In this document: piece after piece, positions 25,016 to 36,405 of the stretch
Numbering within the stretch: position 1 is the stretch's first letter
How the letters are laid out: each line of letters begins with the position of its first letter
Origin: Okamejei kenojei
Lineage: Eukaryota
Assembly (NCBI GenBank): GCA_035221665.1
Contig: CM069159.1
Coordinates: forward strand, 35,154,001-35,218,000
Direction of reading: 5' to 3'
Length of the DNA stretch: 64,000 nucleotides
The notes under the pieces: generated by a model
Told to the model about the DNA's origin: nothing
The model's input: only the letters and a program-made list of their open reading frames with translations
The model's database searches: none
Position numbers and translations under genes: made by a program

Positions 25016-25620
25016 TGATACAGCTCCACAATTAGTACAAAAAGGCGAGGTGTGTGTGTGTTAACGTGTTGTCTATGAAGTGAAGTCTAGCACCATCGTC
25101 CACTGCACCCCGCCAGCTGACCACCCAGGTCGGCGTTGATTGGTCGGCCCAGATCACGACAGGTCCACGTGAGTGCTCGAGCTCGATGATCGACGGTTCG
25201 AGATCAAATTGGCTCTGCCCGCCACATGACCCCTCCCCTCCCCCAGAACCAGAGTATTGGAGGCAGTTAGGGACCAGATCTTGTGTACGTGTCTCCTGTG
25301 TTCGGGGTTGCGGCTGGTTGAGTTGAGGGCGGGTTTGTTCGTGATGGTGGACACCCTCCGTGGCGGGGTTGTGCCACCTGCACCGGTTGGTCAATGTCCA
25401 ATTGTGCCGGCTTAAGACGGTTCACGGAGACAATCTCGTGTCTGCCGCCCATGGCGATGATGAAAGCAGTGGCGTCGTTTTGCAGTACACTGTAGGGTCC
25501 CTCATAAGGCTTTTGCAGTGGTGAACGGTGGGAATCTCGGCGAAGGCAGGCGTACTGGCAGTCATGGAGGTCGGGTGGGACGTACGTGGTTGTGAGACTG
25601 TGTCTGGACATTGGGACTGG
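25016..25620 (-). mobile_element. Gypsy LTR retrotransposon 3' fragment: integrase C-terminus, PPT and 3' LTR
   Basis: ORF 25267..25611(-) LQKPYEGPYSV..VSVNRLKPA (GPY/F module). Polypurine tract ~25230-25244. LTR begins TGTGG at 25226 and probably ends CA near 25016. Confidence 0.8.
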
Positions 25621-26079
25621 AGAAAGATGGCGAAAGCTTTTTTACACAATTCCATATTTTGAAGTTTATCTATTCATTGGTATCATGCAATGTACATGTG
25701 ACGCGGGGACCACAGGGTCTGGCTGATGCTTGTTACTGTATCCAGCTCCATATTCATGACAAGATCCCAAAAAGAGCTCTGTACCTCCATCTGACATCCA
25801 GCCACTTGGGAATTTGGTTGGAGCTAAAATTATAATTTAAGAGCAGTACTATTTCTTTAGCTGAATTAAGCTGGAGCTGTTTCAATTCACTCAAAAACAT
25901 TGCATTTCCTCCAGGATTGCCTTGAGGTTTCAGGGCCTTGATAATTAACCTTAAGCCCTATCACATGATCGGAAATTTTTTTTAGGCTGTTATAAATCTA
26001 ATAGGTTTGATAATTTTCTTTTCACACATATATTTCTTGGTCATACGTATTTCTAAAGAAACTGCAAGTCTAAAGAACT

Positions 26080-26265
26080 GATAGACCCAAAATGCTGGAG
26101 GAGCTCAGTGGGACAGGCAGCATCTCTGGAGGGAAAGGAATGGGTAACATTTTGGGTCGAGACCATTCTTCAGGCCTGAAGACCTTCTTCAGTCTGAAGA
26201 AGGGTCTCGACCCGAAACATCACCCATTCCGTCTCTCCAGAGATGCTGCCTGTCCCGCTGAGTTA
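26080..26265. mobile_element. Inverted PLE-tail pair with intact hammerhead core (26194-26221)
   Basis: CTGAAGA AGGGTCTCGACCC GAAACATC; mirror copy at ~26146-26173. Confidence 0.85.
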
Positions 26266-26329
26266 TAGCCCTGTCCCACGGTGCGAGTTCATTCCAATGC
26301 ATCCTGTCTTTTAAAACTGAGGTGCTTAA

Positions 26330-26572
26330 AAACATTATCTCTCAGAGGAAGGTAAATCTCTGGAATTCATTGCTCCCGAGGGTGGCAGAGGCTAGATCAT
26401 TGGATATATTTAAGGTGGAGATAAATAAATATTTGAAAGATCAAGGAATTGAGAGTGGCAGGGAACTGGCACAGAAGAGGATTTGAGGTCAGAGTAAAGC
26501 AGCCATGATCATAGTGAATGGCAGAGCAGACGAGAGGGGTCCGATACCCTACTCCTGCTGCTACTTTCTTGT
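26330..26572 (+). mobile_element. CR1 3' end (older)
   Basis: ctcagaggaaggtaaatctctggaattc..atatttaaggtggagat..cagccatgatc. Confidence 0.75.
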
Positions 26573-26929
26573 CATTGAGTAAACCCTGCTCTAATTGAAA
26601 ACGGGTTGCATTGCTCTAATGGAGGGCTGCCAAGATCATTCTGAACAAAATTTTCAGAATTTTAAGTGATTTATGGTTGAATGTTGGTTCTGATCTTGAC
26701 AGGTATGTATCCATTAATCCATTTAACCTGTTTGTTGTGCCAGCAATCATCTTTGAATCCTGACATGACTACTGATGCCTGCCACTGTGTTTATCTCCAT
26801 GCTCAAGGGCTATGTTGACCCATCGGAAACCAGATTCACAGCAACAACCATGTGATTTCTCTAGTCCTGAAGGACCCCTGAACATTTTCTTTCATCTTGA
26901 AAAAAATGTGACAGATTATCAAATACTTG

Positions 26930-27340
26930 GGCAAAGGGTTAAGAAGGGTCTAGTGGGAAGCTGAGAGATTTTTACAGAGGGCGAGAGAAGGTGGGATTTC
27001 AAAAAATTAGGGCCTGGGCAGCTAAAGATATGGCCTCAAATATTTAAGAGTGAAAGAGGAGAGATATGAGAGGCCAGAACTGGTCGATGCAGCAGCCTTG
27101 AAGGGAAGGTTTGGGAGACCCGGGGCTTGGAGCGATTTGTAAGCAGAGATGAGAATTTTGAGACTTAGGCATTGTAGCATGCTGAGCCTACACAGGTCAC
27201 AGGGGAGATGAATGGATGAGATTTGATGCCAGTTAAGATTAGGTAGCTGAGGTTTTGATGACTTTAAGTTCACAGAGGGTGCGAGGTTAGAGAGAGTATT
27301 GCAGCAGTCTTGATGCATTAAAAGGCATATACCCTGCAAG
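26930..27340 (-). mobile_element. L2 LINE ORF2 3' relic
   Basis: ORF 27022..27339(-) ..LKILISAYKSLQAPGLPNL.. resembles L2 FKILILVYKSLHGLAPPYL. Confidence 0.6.
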
Positions 27341-27397
27341 CATTTCTGCCAAATGCCTGAATCTCTATCATCGATTCAGGGAACTTGAGTATTTCTC

Positions 27398-27497
27398 AGT
27401 CTGAAGAAGGGTCTCGACCCGAAATATCGCCCATTCCTTCTCCCCAGAGATGCTGCCTGTCCCGCTGAATTAATCCAGCATTTTGTGTCTATCTTTG
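27398..27497 (+). mobile_element. PLE tail insertion beginning 3 nt before the hammerhead core (27401-27428)
   Basis: TSD gag(t/c)atttctc at 27387-27397 and 27498-27508. Confidence 0.85.
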
Positions 27498-27879
27498 GAG
27501 CATTTCTCCCTGATTTTCAAATACGATATCAGAATTCGCACACTACCATGATGGTCCTGTCAAAAAACATATTCATCAATTTTGACAAGTAATTTATTTA
27601 TATCAGTAGTTGTAAAATAATGTTTAAAAATGTATGGCATGCTTCATAAATTAGAATGCAAAGTTTCATTGCTACAAACAAAGACGTTGGTCTTCCACTC
27701 TCCTGAAACAATTATGTTACAACATTTTTGGGACTAGCGTAGATGGGACATGTTGGTCGGTGTGGGCAATTTGGGCCGAACGGGCCTGTATCCATGCTGT
27801 ATGACTCAGCTATGATTTCGCAAATTTTGACCATAACGCTGCAATTAAACCTTGACTGAGTGCAAAATGTCTTTATTGA

Positions 27880-28910
27880 TGCCACAAATATATTCTGTGA
27901 CCTTAAGGTGAAAAGGTGGACAAGTGTGATTAGATAGAAGAAAGACAGCACAGATTTGTTAATGAACATATGGTTCTGAACTAATGATTGTTTTTTGTAT
28001 TGAGACTGTAGAGAGGGTTGATGAGGGCACTATAGTTGACGTAATGTATATGGAGTGCCAAACAGTTTTAATAAAATATCATATTAGTGCATTGTCAGTA
28101 CAGTCAAAGGTTAGAGAATAGAAATAATACGGGCATATAGATAATAAATTGGCATGGGGACAGAATACAAAGAGAAGTGGCAAATATTTGTTTTTCAAGC
28201 TAAACATAGAAACATAGAAAATAGGTGCAGGAGTAGGCCATTCGGCCCTTCGAGCCTGCACCACCCTACAGCCAAGAGGATTGTTATTCTCTATCCTTTA
28301 ACTGTATTGACAATGCACTAATATGATATTTTATTAAAATCCTAAAGGAAGGAGAACATCGGTGTTCTGCAGGATTTCATTCTGGAACCACAGTTTTCCT
28401 TGGTCAGCGTTAGCTAGTTGGGCCAAAGGGCCTGTTCTCACTCTGTATGACTGTATGACGGGCTTGGGTGCGCTGTTTCAATATTTAGTGATGCAGAATT
28501 TGGAAGGATAACAAGCACTGATGATGTCTTCCAAAAGGATAAAGACAGGCCGGTGAAATGGATGGGCAAGTATAGCAGGTGGAATATGACATTGAGCAGT
28601 GAGAAGTACCATAATGGTTTGGAAGAATAAGGGGTGACAATACAATGTAAAACTGTAGTTCAAGGCTACACATCGTAACAAAGTAGAGGAGAGGTGCAAA
28701 AGGAAATAAGAGGGTCAATGTGATAATAGGAGTATGAATGGCAAATCCTTAAAGATAACAAAACAGATTGAGAACGTACTTATAAAGCATATGGGTTAGG
28801 CCTTTATAAATAAAAGTATATAAAAGCAAGAAAATTATATCATATCACAACAAAAAAAAACTTATTTGGACACAACTAGTGTATAATGCAGAAATCTGAG
28901 CACTGAATCC
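27880..28910 (+). mobile_element. Old CR1 RT relic interrupted by a young CR1 tail (28203-28263, -)
   Basis: RVDEGTIVDVMYME-like segment at ~28014-28055; later decayed RT motifs; (aaacatag)n tail. Confidence 0.6.
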
Positions 28911-29416
28911 TCAGAAAGACATGTTCTACGTAGCAACTGTGTTATAATACTATTAAGTTGAACAATACTCCTCTCACTTTTAAATAAGGAATTGTATGAC
29001 TTACTGCGATTGATGCAGACCGTTAATTTGTCCTGACTATTTGCTTGTTTTTTACTGGCATAGGAAGGAACTGCAGCCACTGGTTTAATCGAAGATAGGC
29101 ATAAAATGCTGGAGTAACTGCAGCGTCCGTCTCGACCCAAAACGTCACCCATTCCTTCTCGCCAGAGATACTGCCTGCCCCGCTGAGTTACTCCAACATT
29201 TTGTGTCTAGCTGCTATGTAATTTGGAAATAGAATATTTTTCTCCTTTTTCCTGCCGGCCTCCAGACTCACTCCGGGAATGTGGCACCAAGTGGAGAGGA
29301 TAGGGCAGCACCTTGACGTAAAGAACGGCCTCGCTTGTGATGGTAGACACTGAGACTTCACCCACTTCTCATCCAGTGTCACACATGTGCCCCCAGCAGG
29401 ATTGACTGGAGAGTGT

Positions 29417-29553
29417 AGGAAGGAACTGCAGATGCTGGTTTATACTGAAGATACACACAAAATGCGGGAGTAACTCAGCGGGGCAGGCACCCATTCCTTC
29501 TCTCCAAAGATGCTGCGTGTCCCGCTGAGTTACTGCACCATTTTGTGTCTATC
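29417..29553. mobile_element. Inverted PLE-tail pair
   Basis: 15-bp TSD ttgactggagagtgt at 29402-29416 and 29554-29568. Confidence 0.85.
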
Positions 29554-30204
29554 TTGACTGGAGAGTGTGTAGGCTTCCTTGGTGTTGCTGTCAAACACTA
29601 TGTCAGACTAAAACTAGCTGTTATTCTTCAACTAAACAGCAGTGCCTGATACGGCAGTGCTTCAAGGTCATAGCACATAGTACACTAACTCGTATAAGCA
29701 CATTTATACTTGCTGGACTGTATTCCATTTGAAAAGTGATATCTACATTCTGCAAATTATACCATCAGATCACTATTTACAAATATTAAATGATACAATA
29801 ATTAACTGTCTACAAAGAAAAATATATAATAACCTAATACTAATTTACTCAGTCTGTTAGTCTTCTCACCTTACCCACAAGCTGTACTTAACATTTCTGT
29901 GGTTGGTGCCATTACAAATTTACTTCCATGCCTTTGAGCCACTAAACTGTGTGCAGTACGCAATCTAAATAAACATCAATACAAGCACCTGATAACTCTC
30001 ATCAATAATTACAACAAATGCAATATATTTGGCATATTATGCATTCAGGAATCTAATGATGCTGTCCCTATATTTTAAAAATGGTTGTCTTTTTTTGCTT
30101 CCATGCTGTCTTCCTTCTATAATTTGCTTATTTTCTTTCAATGATCAAACTATGCTTTTAACATTTTCTTCTTTCATTTAACATTTCTAATTTTTTCTTT
30201 GATA

Positions 30205-30503
30205 TGTTTAGAGTTTAGGTTAGCGTTTAGAGATACAGTTTTGAAACAGGCCCTTTGGCCCACCCAGTCCACGCTGACCATCGGTCACCCGTACACTGGC
30301 TCTATCCTACACACAAGGGGCAATTTACAGACGCCAATTAACCCACAAATCTGCACCTTTTTGGAATGTGGGGGGGAAATCGGAGCACCCGGAGAAAACC
30401 CATGCCCTCACAGGGAGAACGTACAAACTCCATACAGACAGCACCCATAGTCAGATCTAACCTGGGTCCATGGCGCTGTGAGGCAGCAACTCCACCACGG
30501 TGC
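30205..30503 (-). mobile_element. HE1-type V-SINE
   Basis: Homologous to 12826-13124. Confidence 0.8.
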
Positions 30504-32496
30504 TATCACTGTGGCTTTCTCTTCATTATTAGTCAAGGTGTCCACCTCAACAAATAGTTCTACACATTCCACAGATAGGCTGAAGGGACTGATAGGCATA
30601 GTTCCCACCATTCTCACAATGCCTGTTTTTACAGAGAGAACCCAGTCTTCTACTTTCGCATCTTGGATATCCATCTCCTATCATTCTCACAAGCAACATC
30701 ATCCCACATTTCTAATCAGTGTTTCACCAATGGCTCAAGTCCCCAGACGAGAGGAATTAACAGCAGACCCTTGAAGGACACAAAGTGCAAGAGTAACTCA
30801 GCAGGTCAGGCGGCATCGCTGGAGAACATGGGTAGGTGATGTTTTGGGTCGAGACCCTTCTTCAGACCCTTTAATGAAGGCAGCCATTTTTAAACAAAAT
30901 AGTAGTCTGGTTCAGCATGCCGGCTTATACCATCTGGTGTATACAGTTCTTGAAGGGCTACTCATGCTCACAATGTTCTTAAATAAGGACTTGTATTTCT
31001 GTATTGGCGTTCTAATCTTGACATTGCAAAAAAAACTTACATTCAAACAGTTCCATCCAACCACTGTTTTGATATAATAAATCTGTTAACCAGTTGGTAC
31101 ACACCAGGTTCCCTCACACAGTATTGAGATAAGTAACCAAACAATCTGTGTCCAATATCAATGCTTGGGAGAAGCACAATGACCAGGAACTGTGAAGTAT
31201 CTTTACCAACCACCTAAGGGCAGATGGAAGTCTTGGTTTAGGTTTCATCTGTAAGATTGCAGCTCTGTGTGTCGTGAGTATCACCCATGGTTCTGTACTC
31301 GCACTAGGAAAGGATAAGAGCAGGGAAAGGCATTTGGTCCTTCAGACCTGCCCTGCTGTTTCATATGATCATGGCTGATCGATGCCGGCCTCAACATTCT
31401 CCATATTCATATTTCCCACCATCTATTAAATACTTATCGACCTCCACTTTAACTACTTTGTTAAAGTATCAGGGTTCCAGCTTCCACCACCCACCATGGC
31501 AGAGAATCCCAGAGATTCACCACCCTCCGCTGAGCTTTCAACTCGAGTCCGAGGTGCAGGTGTGAAGAGGTGGAAACCCAGGCCGATGTTTTTTTTTGGT
31601 GCCAATAATCCAGGAGTCCTGCTGGGGTCGGAGTTGCCAGATATCTTAACTCCAATTCCCCAGGCCTCAGCTGTACATTGACAATCAGGGGAAAAGACCC
31701 CAGATGTTGGAAATTTAAATAAAAGCAGAAAATGCTGAAAAATGCCCTGCTGCTTTCTAACCCTGCGTGGTTTTTGCCCGCAATTCCTGTTGCCATCTTA
31801 GCTGTTTATTGTTTTATTCTATCTGAGCGAATCTGCTGTCAACTTTGAGATATTTCAGTATTATAAGCTGGCAGTGAAGGGAGAAGTCATACATACCACA
31901 ACATCACCACAGGAGAAGGAATGTGTTTAGAATGCAGCAGGCCTTCCCGGCACAGGCTACATTTTGGCCAAATTTATCCTGAAATTATGGCAATGGCCCT
32001 TTAATATACATCCCTTACTCAAGCAAGACAGGAAGTGATTCAATGCCCAGAAATGATTGAATTCTCCTTAAAGAGGAAAAGGAAGAGGAAGCTGGTGTTA
32101 GCAGAACAACTATTTTATAAAAGAAATGTGTTTGTGTAGAAGTGACTCAGACTGGAGTTAATGTCAGCCTCCTACACAGCCATGGGTCATTGCAGCACCT
32201 CGCAATTTTTCCCAGATTTGTGTGTTTTTCAAATTTAAGATATGTTTGTTTTCTTTCCAAATATTCCACACACCCCCTAAGGCTTTGTGCCTCAGGGTAA
32301 TTCTGTTTCTGGAGGCATAGATTGGCAGGACACAGTTAATTATATCACAGATCGTTAGTAGGGCACGGTTCCTCATTACACACACAACTGGACTCGAGTT
32401 TCTGAAGCTAGTGTGTGCTGGGTTATAACTCCTGATTGCACAGGGTATTAGAGTACAGTACCTAAAGGTACAGTGTGTTGCATTACAGCCAAAATA

Positions 32497-32626
32497 AAAA
32501 TTATAATAAACTTTATTTCGGACTCAAGGTCCAGACAAGGGACAGCATTACATAAAAATACATTGCATATAAAAACATCATAAAATACATATAACATCTT
32601 AGTATATCACTTATAAAAGCATCGTA

Positions 32627-32675
<49 letters not shown>

Positions 32676-32865
32676 AACTACAATACATGAATTAAAATCC
32701 AGAATAAAAAATGATCAATGTCCGACAACGATACCAGTGTCTCCACAACTGGGATTGGTAGCGTGTAGTGCTAAACTTTCAGTACCGTTCCCACAGGTTT
32801 CTTACACCATCTAGTCTCTGAGTCAGTTTTTGCCTCCTAACCGAATTGCGAAGTACCTTCGGCGT
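32497..32865 (-). mobile_element. RTE-X-like LINE 3' end
   Basis: Minus frame VLRNSVRRQKLTQRLDGVRNLWERY*KFSTTRYQSQLWRHWYRC; 3' end tggaccttgagtccgaaataaagtttattat. Confidence 0.55.
32630..32669. repeat. (TA)n microsatellite
   Basis: Direct inspection. Confidence 0.95.
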
Positions 32866-33109
32866 GGGCAAGTTGGGTTACCGCGCCTGTTTTTGTTCTG
32901 TGTAACACCATGACTCAAAGACTCCTGACTTCTTTAGCAAGATTAGGGGACGCTATTTAAATCCGAGTTGTTGTAGCTGTAAGATGGACTTCTTTGCATG
33001 ATTTCCTCTTTTTTTCAAAGGTTCTGTCATGCAAGTCAGCAGCTGATTCCAGCGTGCAAATTGAAGGCATCACTGGTTCTACTAATTATAAATCAGAGGG
33101 AAAAATAGA

Positions 33110-33890
33110 AAGATCAGAATCACCAGAGGACCCTGACTAGATGTTTTCCACCCTTAAACCTGTTTCAACATTAAGTGGCATCATGACTGTTTTGTAGTCT
33201 TACTCTCTAAACCCACATTTGCTCCAAATCCTTTAACTTCTTTTATTAACAAAAGTATGTCAATCTCAAATTTTAACCTGGCAATTAAATGCAAACACTT
33301 GTGGAAAAGAGTTTTAAATGTATTCTTCCCACAGCGTTTGGGTATTTTCTAACCTCTCCCCAAAACCCTAATGTTAATTATTAGCCAATGCTCACCAAGT
33401 CCAGATTCCAAAATCAATGGAACGTTTTCCTCTAGTTCAACTCTATCGGTTGCCATTAATATCAGGACAACCTCAATTAAATGACCCTTAACCTAAATTC
33501 CAGAGAAACAAATGTAATTTGTGTATTGTCTTTTGGCAACTTAACTCTTGGGATCTATTCGAGAAAATACATGGTGCATTCTTAAGGCCAAGGTGCCCAA
33601 ACTGTTTTTGATACTCCAAGTAGTTAAATTGGGTTTAGTGTGGCTGAAGCATCTCTTCTATTCACTTGTATCCTGGACCTATTGATATAAATCCAGCGTA
33701 TCATTAGTTTTTTTGAAATTCCAATGACCATGAGGTTTCAAGACCAAAAGTGACTTGGTCTCTTTGAACCTCTCCTGCTCCATCATTCAGAAATGACTTT
33801 GTTGTGTCCTTTTCAGATCTAAAGAGGATGATCTCATGTTTGGTTAAATTGAAACCATTTACCACAGTTTTGCCCACTCACTTCCTCCAC
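33110..33890 (-). mobile_element. Very old CR1 relic
   Basis: Decayed antisense CR1 motifs (ggtgcccaaactg..atactccaagt; attgatataaatccagc; tttgcccactcac). Confidence 0.5.
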
Positions 33891-34229
33891 TGGTCCAAGA
33901 CCCTCCAGCTCTCTGATCACTTTCATGGTGTGTAAAGGACTTCAGTTCATTGGCTCTGTCACCGTCAACAGTCAGCCATTTTTAAACAGCAAGGTCTTGT
34001 GTGGTGATGAGACCTTGTCCGACATTATTGCCTCAATTGGTCAGCCACCAACTAGATGAAGGGAGCTTAGATGACAGGCAAAAGCCGCATCCCTGACATT
34101 TGGAGACATTAAAAAACTGACATAAACTATTAAAATGCTATGAAATGATCAAATCGTTTTCACACTTTAAAATTCAAATCTTGAAACTATTACTTCAAAA
34201 ATCTTTTACTTCACAGCAGTAAAAACTGG

Positions 34230-34590
34230 TATTTTTAGACCTCCAGTGGGGAAGTTACAGAGCTCAGCAGTACTAGAAGGAGTGCTATGCTGTCAGAGAT
34301 GCTGCATTGCATATGAAGCATTAAACCTTCTCAAGTTTATGTACACGTTGTATGGCCCTATTCTGAAGAGAGCAAGGAAGATCTTCCTGGTGCCCCGGCC
34401 AAGATTTATCTCTCAGTGAATATTAATATAATTATGAAGTTGCTGCTTACAGGAGTTTGCTGCGCACAGAACGGGCATCGTTTTCCATTTGTTATAACCG
34501 TGACAATACTACAATGGTATTTTATTGGCTGTAAAACACTTCAGAGTGCCAGAGTCGGGGAAGTAGTATAAAGTTGAATTCTTTCCGTAT
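34230..34590 (+). mobile_element. Deu-domain SINE relic
   Basis: cagtactagaaggagtgctatgctgtcagagatgc..tcctggtgccccggccaagatttatc..attggctgtaaaacactt. Confidence 0.65.
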
Positions 34591-34799
34591 TTGGTTAGAA
34601 AATCATCCAAGCCCGATCATGCTTTATTGATCTGCTTTCTAGTGTTGCATTGAATAACACTGAAAAAAATTGGTTTGATCCACAGATTAAATCTGGTTTA
34701 ACCAGAGGAAGCTATGCAATGAAATTATTTTTCAGTTTCATTCATAGGATAGAACCACTTGATCAAATTGGTCAAATTTCTAATGAGTAACTCTTCTCC

Positions 34800-35300
34800 A
34801 ATTTACTCTTATCGTTTATTTTCTAAGTTGTGGTGGAACAGCGATTTCTCTTCTTCGTGCAAGGGGGACTGAGGATTCAAATCCCAGAGGTTTCCGCATT
34901 GATTGTGCTGCAGTTAATGTAACAGCTCGTTCAGCTTATTGTTCCGATGGCTCGTGAGTGAAGAGAATGTTTAATGGCTAGTTGGCAGCAGAGATTTTAC
35001 TCCAATTAAACAGGCTGAGGCAACAGAGAAAAAAAAGCTAAAGAAATAAATTCTTTAACGCTTGGCTGGAGCTTCAGGAAAAATGATTTGAATGCATTAG
35101 TCATCTTGCAACATGAACCCCTTGCAACCAAACCGCTGTGTCCTGTGGCGTATGTAGGTAAGGGAAATGGGAGGTCAGGGTTGCTCTTCAAACCAACAAG
35201 CCCAGCTTATCAAACTCAACATTTTTGGAGCTTTCAGCTGGGTTTTTTCCAAACTGAATTAACAAGTCTGTAATTAGCAAATTAAAGCATTGCAGATTTT
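34800..35300. promoter_or_regulatory. Candidate conserved non-coding element
   Basis: Non-repetitive; TAAT/ATTA-rich with Sox-like ATTGT motifs. Confidence 0.3.
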
Positions 35301-35969
35301 GTTTGAGTTCCAATAATGGGTGTTTGGGCTGGAGTTTGCGTTTTCTTTGGGCCCTGTGGTCTGCTCCTGATTGAGGGGTCGATGGTGTTCTGGCATTGTG
35401 TGCCGGGCAATGGATTCGAGGCAACAACTCCTTTTCACTTGCAGATGCCCCTCAAGCCAGTGACTTTCTCCAACAGTGTCTTTTTAGACTGTGACCACGA
35501 AATGCTGTGCCATACCTTGTAGGTTATAGAGGTTTCCATGCCATAACCCCATAACCTACAAGGTTTTGGACTGAGAACTGGAAAGTGCATCAGTCTCAAT
35601 AGCCCTTTTGTAGCCAGTGTGGATACAAACATCCCTCTGTGCCATAAATGTTTAACATTTCACCACTCAAGATTCCATGACTCTAAACATTAAGTACAGG
35701 CAAACGAATAAAACACATCTGGTGCTCATGCATTGACTTCCACACAAGGCTTCAAATTCAGTAGAGAAGATCCCACGCATACAGCATGGGAATCAACTTA
35801 GCAAACTCTGCCTATGCTGGTTGCATATTCTTGTACTGGTTACATTAACACTCTGTCTGTGACGACTTACTTTTCTGTTGTTGGAAAGAGTTTTTTTTCG
35901 TCAAAGCCCTTCATAACTTTGAAGACCTCTATTAGATCTCTTCTTCATATCAACCTTTCTTTGGAGAAT

Positions 35970-36405
35970 CGTTAGGGAGAGGTTGAGCAGGCTAGGACTT
36001 TATTCCTTGGGGCGCAGGAGGATGAGGGATGATATTATAGAGATGTACATGATAATGAGAGGAATATGTAGGGTAAATGTGCAGAGTCGTTCACCAGAGT
36101 GGGGGAATCGAGAATAGGGGGACATAGGTTTAAGGTGAGGAGGGTGGTGGGGGGGGGGGGGGGGGGGAGATTTAATAGGATCCTGAGGGCCGACTTTTTA
36201 ACACAAAGGGAGGTAAGTGTATGGAACAAACTGCTGGAGGAGTTAGTTGAGGCAGGCACTATCGCTGTGTTTAAGAAAGGTTTAGACAGGTATATTGAAT
36301 AGGAGAGATTTAATGGGATATGGGCCAATTGTAGGCAGGTGGGACGGATCATGTGTAGATGGGACATGTTGGGCTGAAAGGCCTGTTTTCACGCTGTATC
36401 ACTAT
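35970..36405 (+). mobile_element. CR1 3' fragment
   Basis: RLGLYSLGRRRMRDDIIEMY..; ORF 36099..36302 SRIGGHRFKVR..FLTQREVSVWNKLLEELVEAG. Confidence 0.85.

Noticed and set aside
26266-26300. gccctgtcccac, resembling a Harbinger-type TIR
   Set aside because: No partner TIR found; too short to call.
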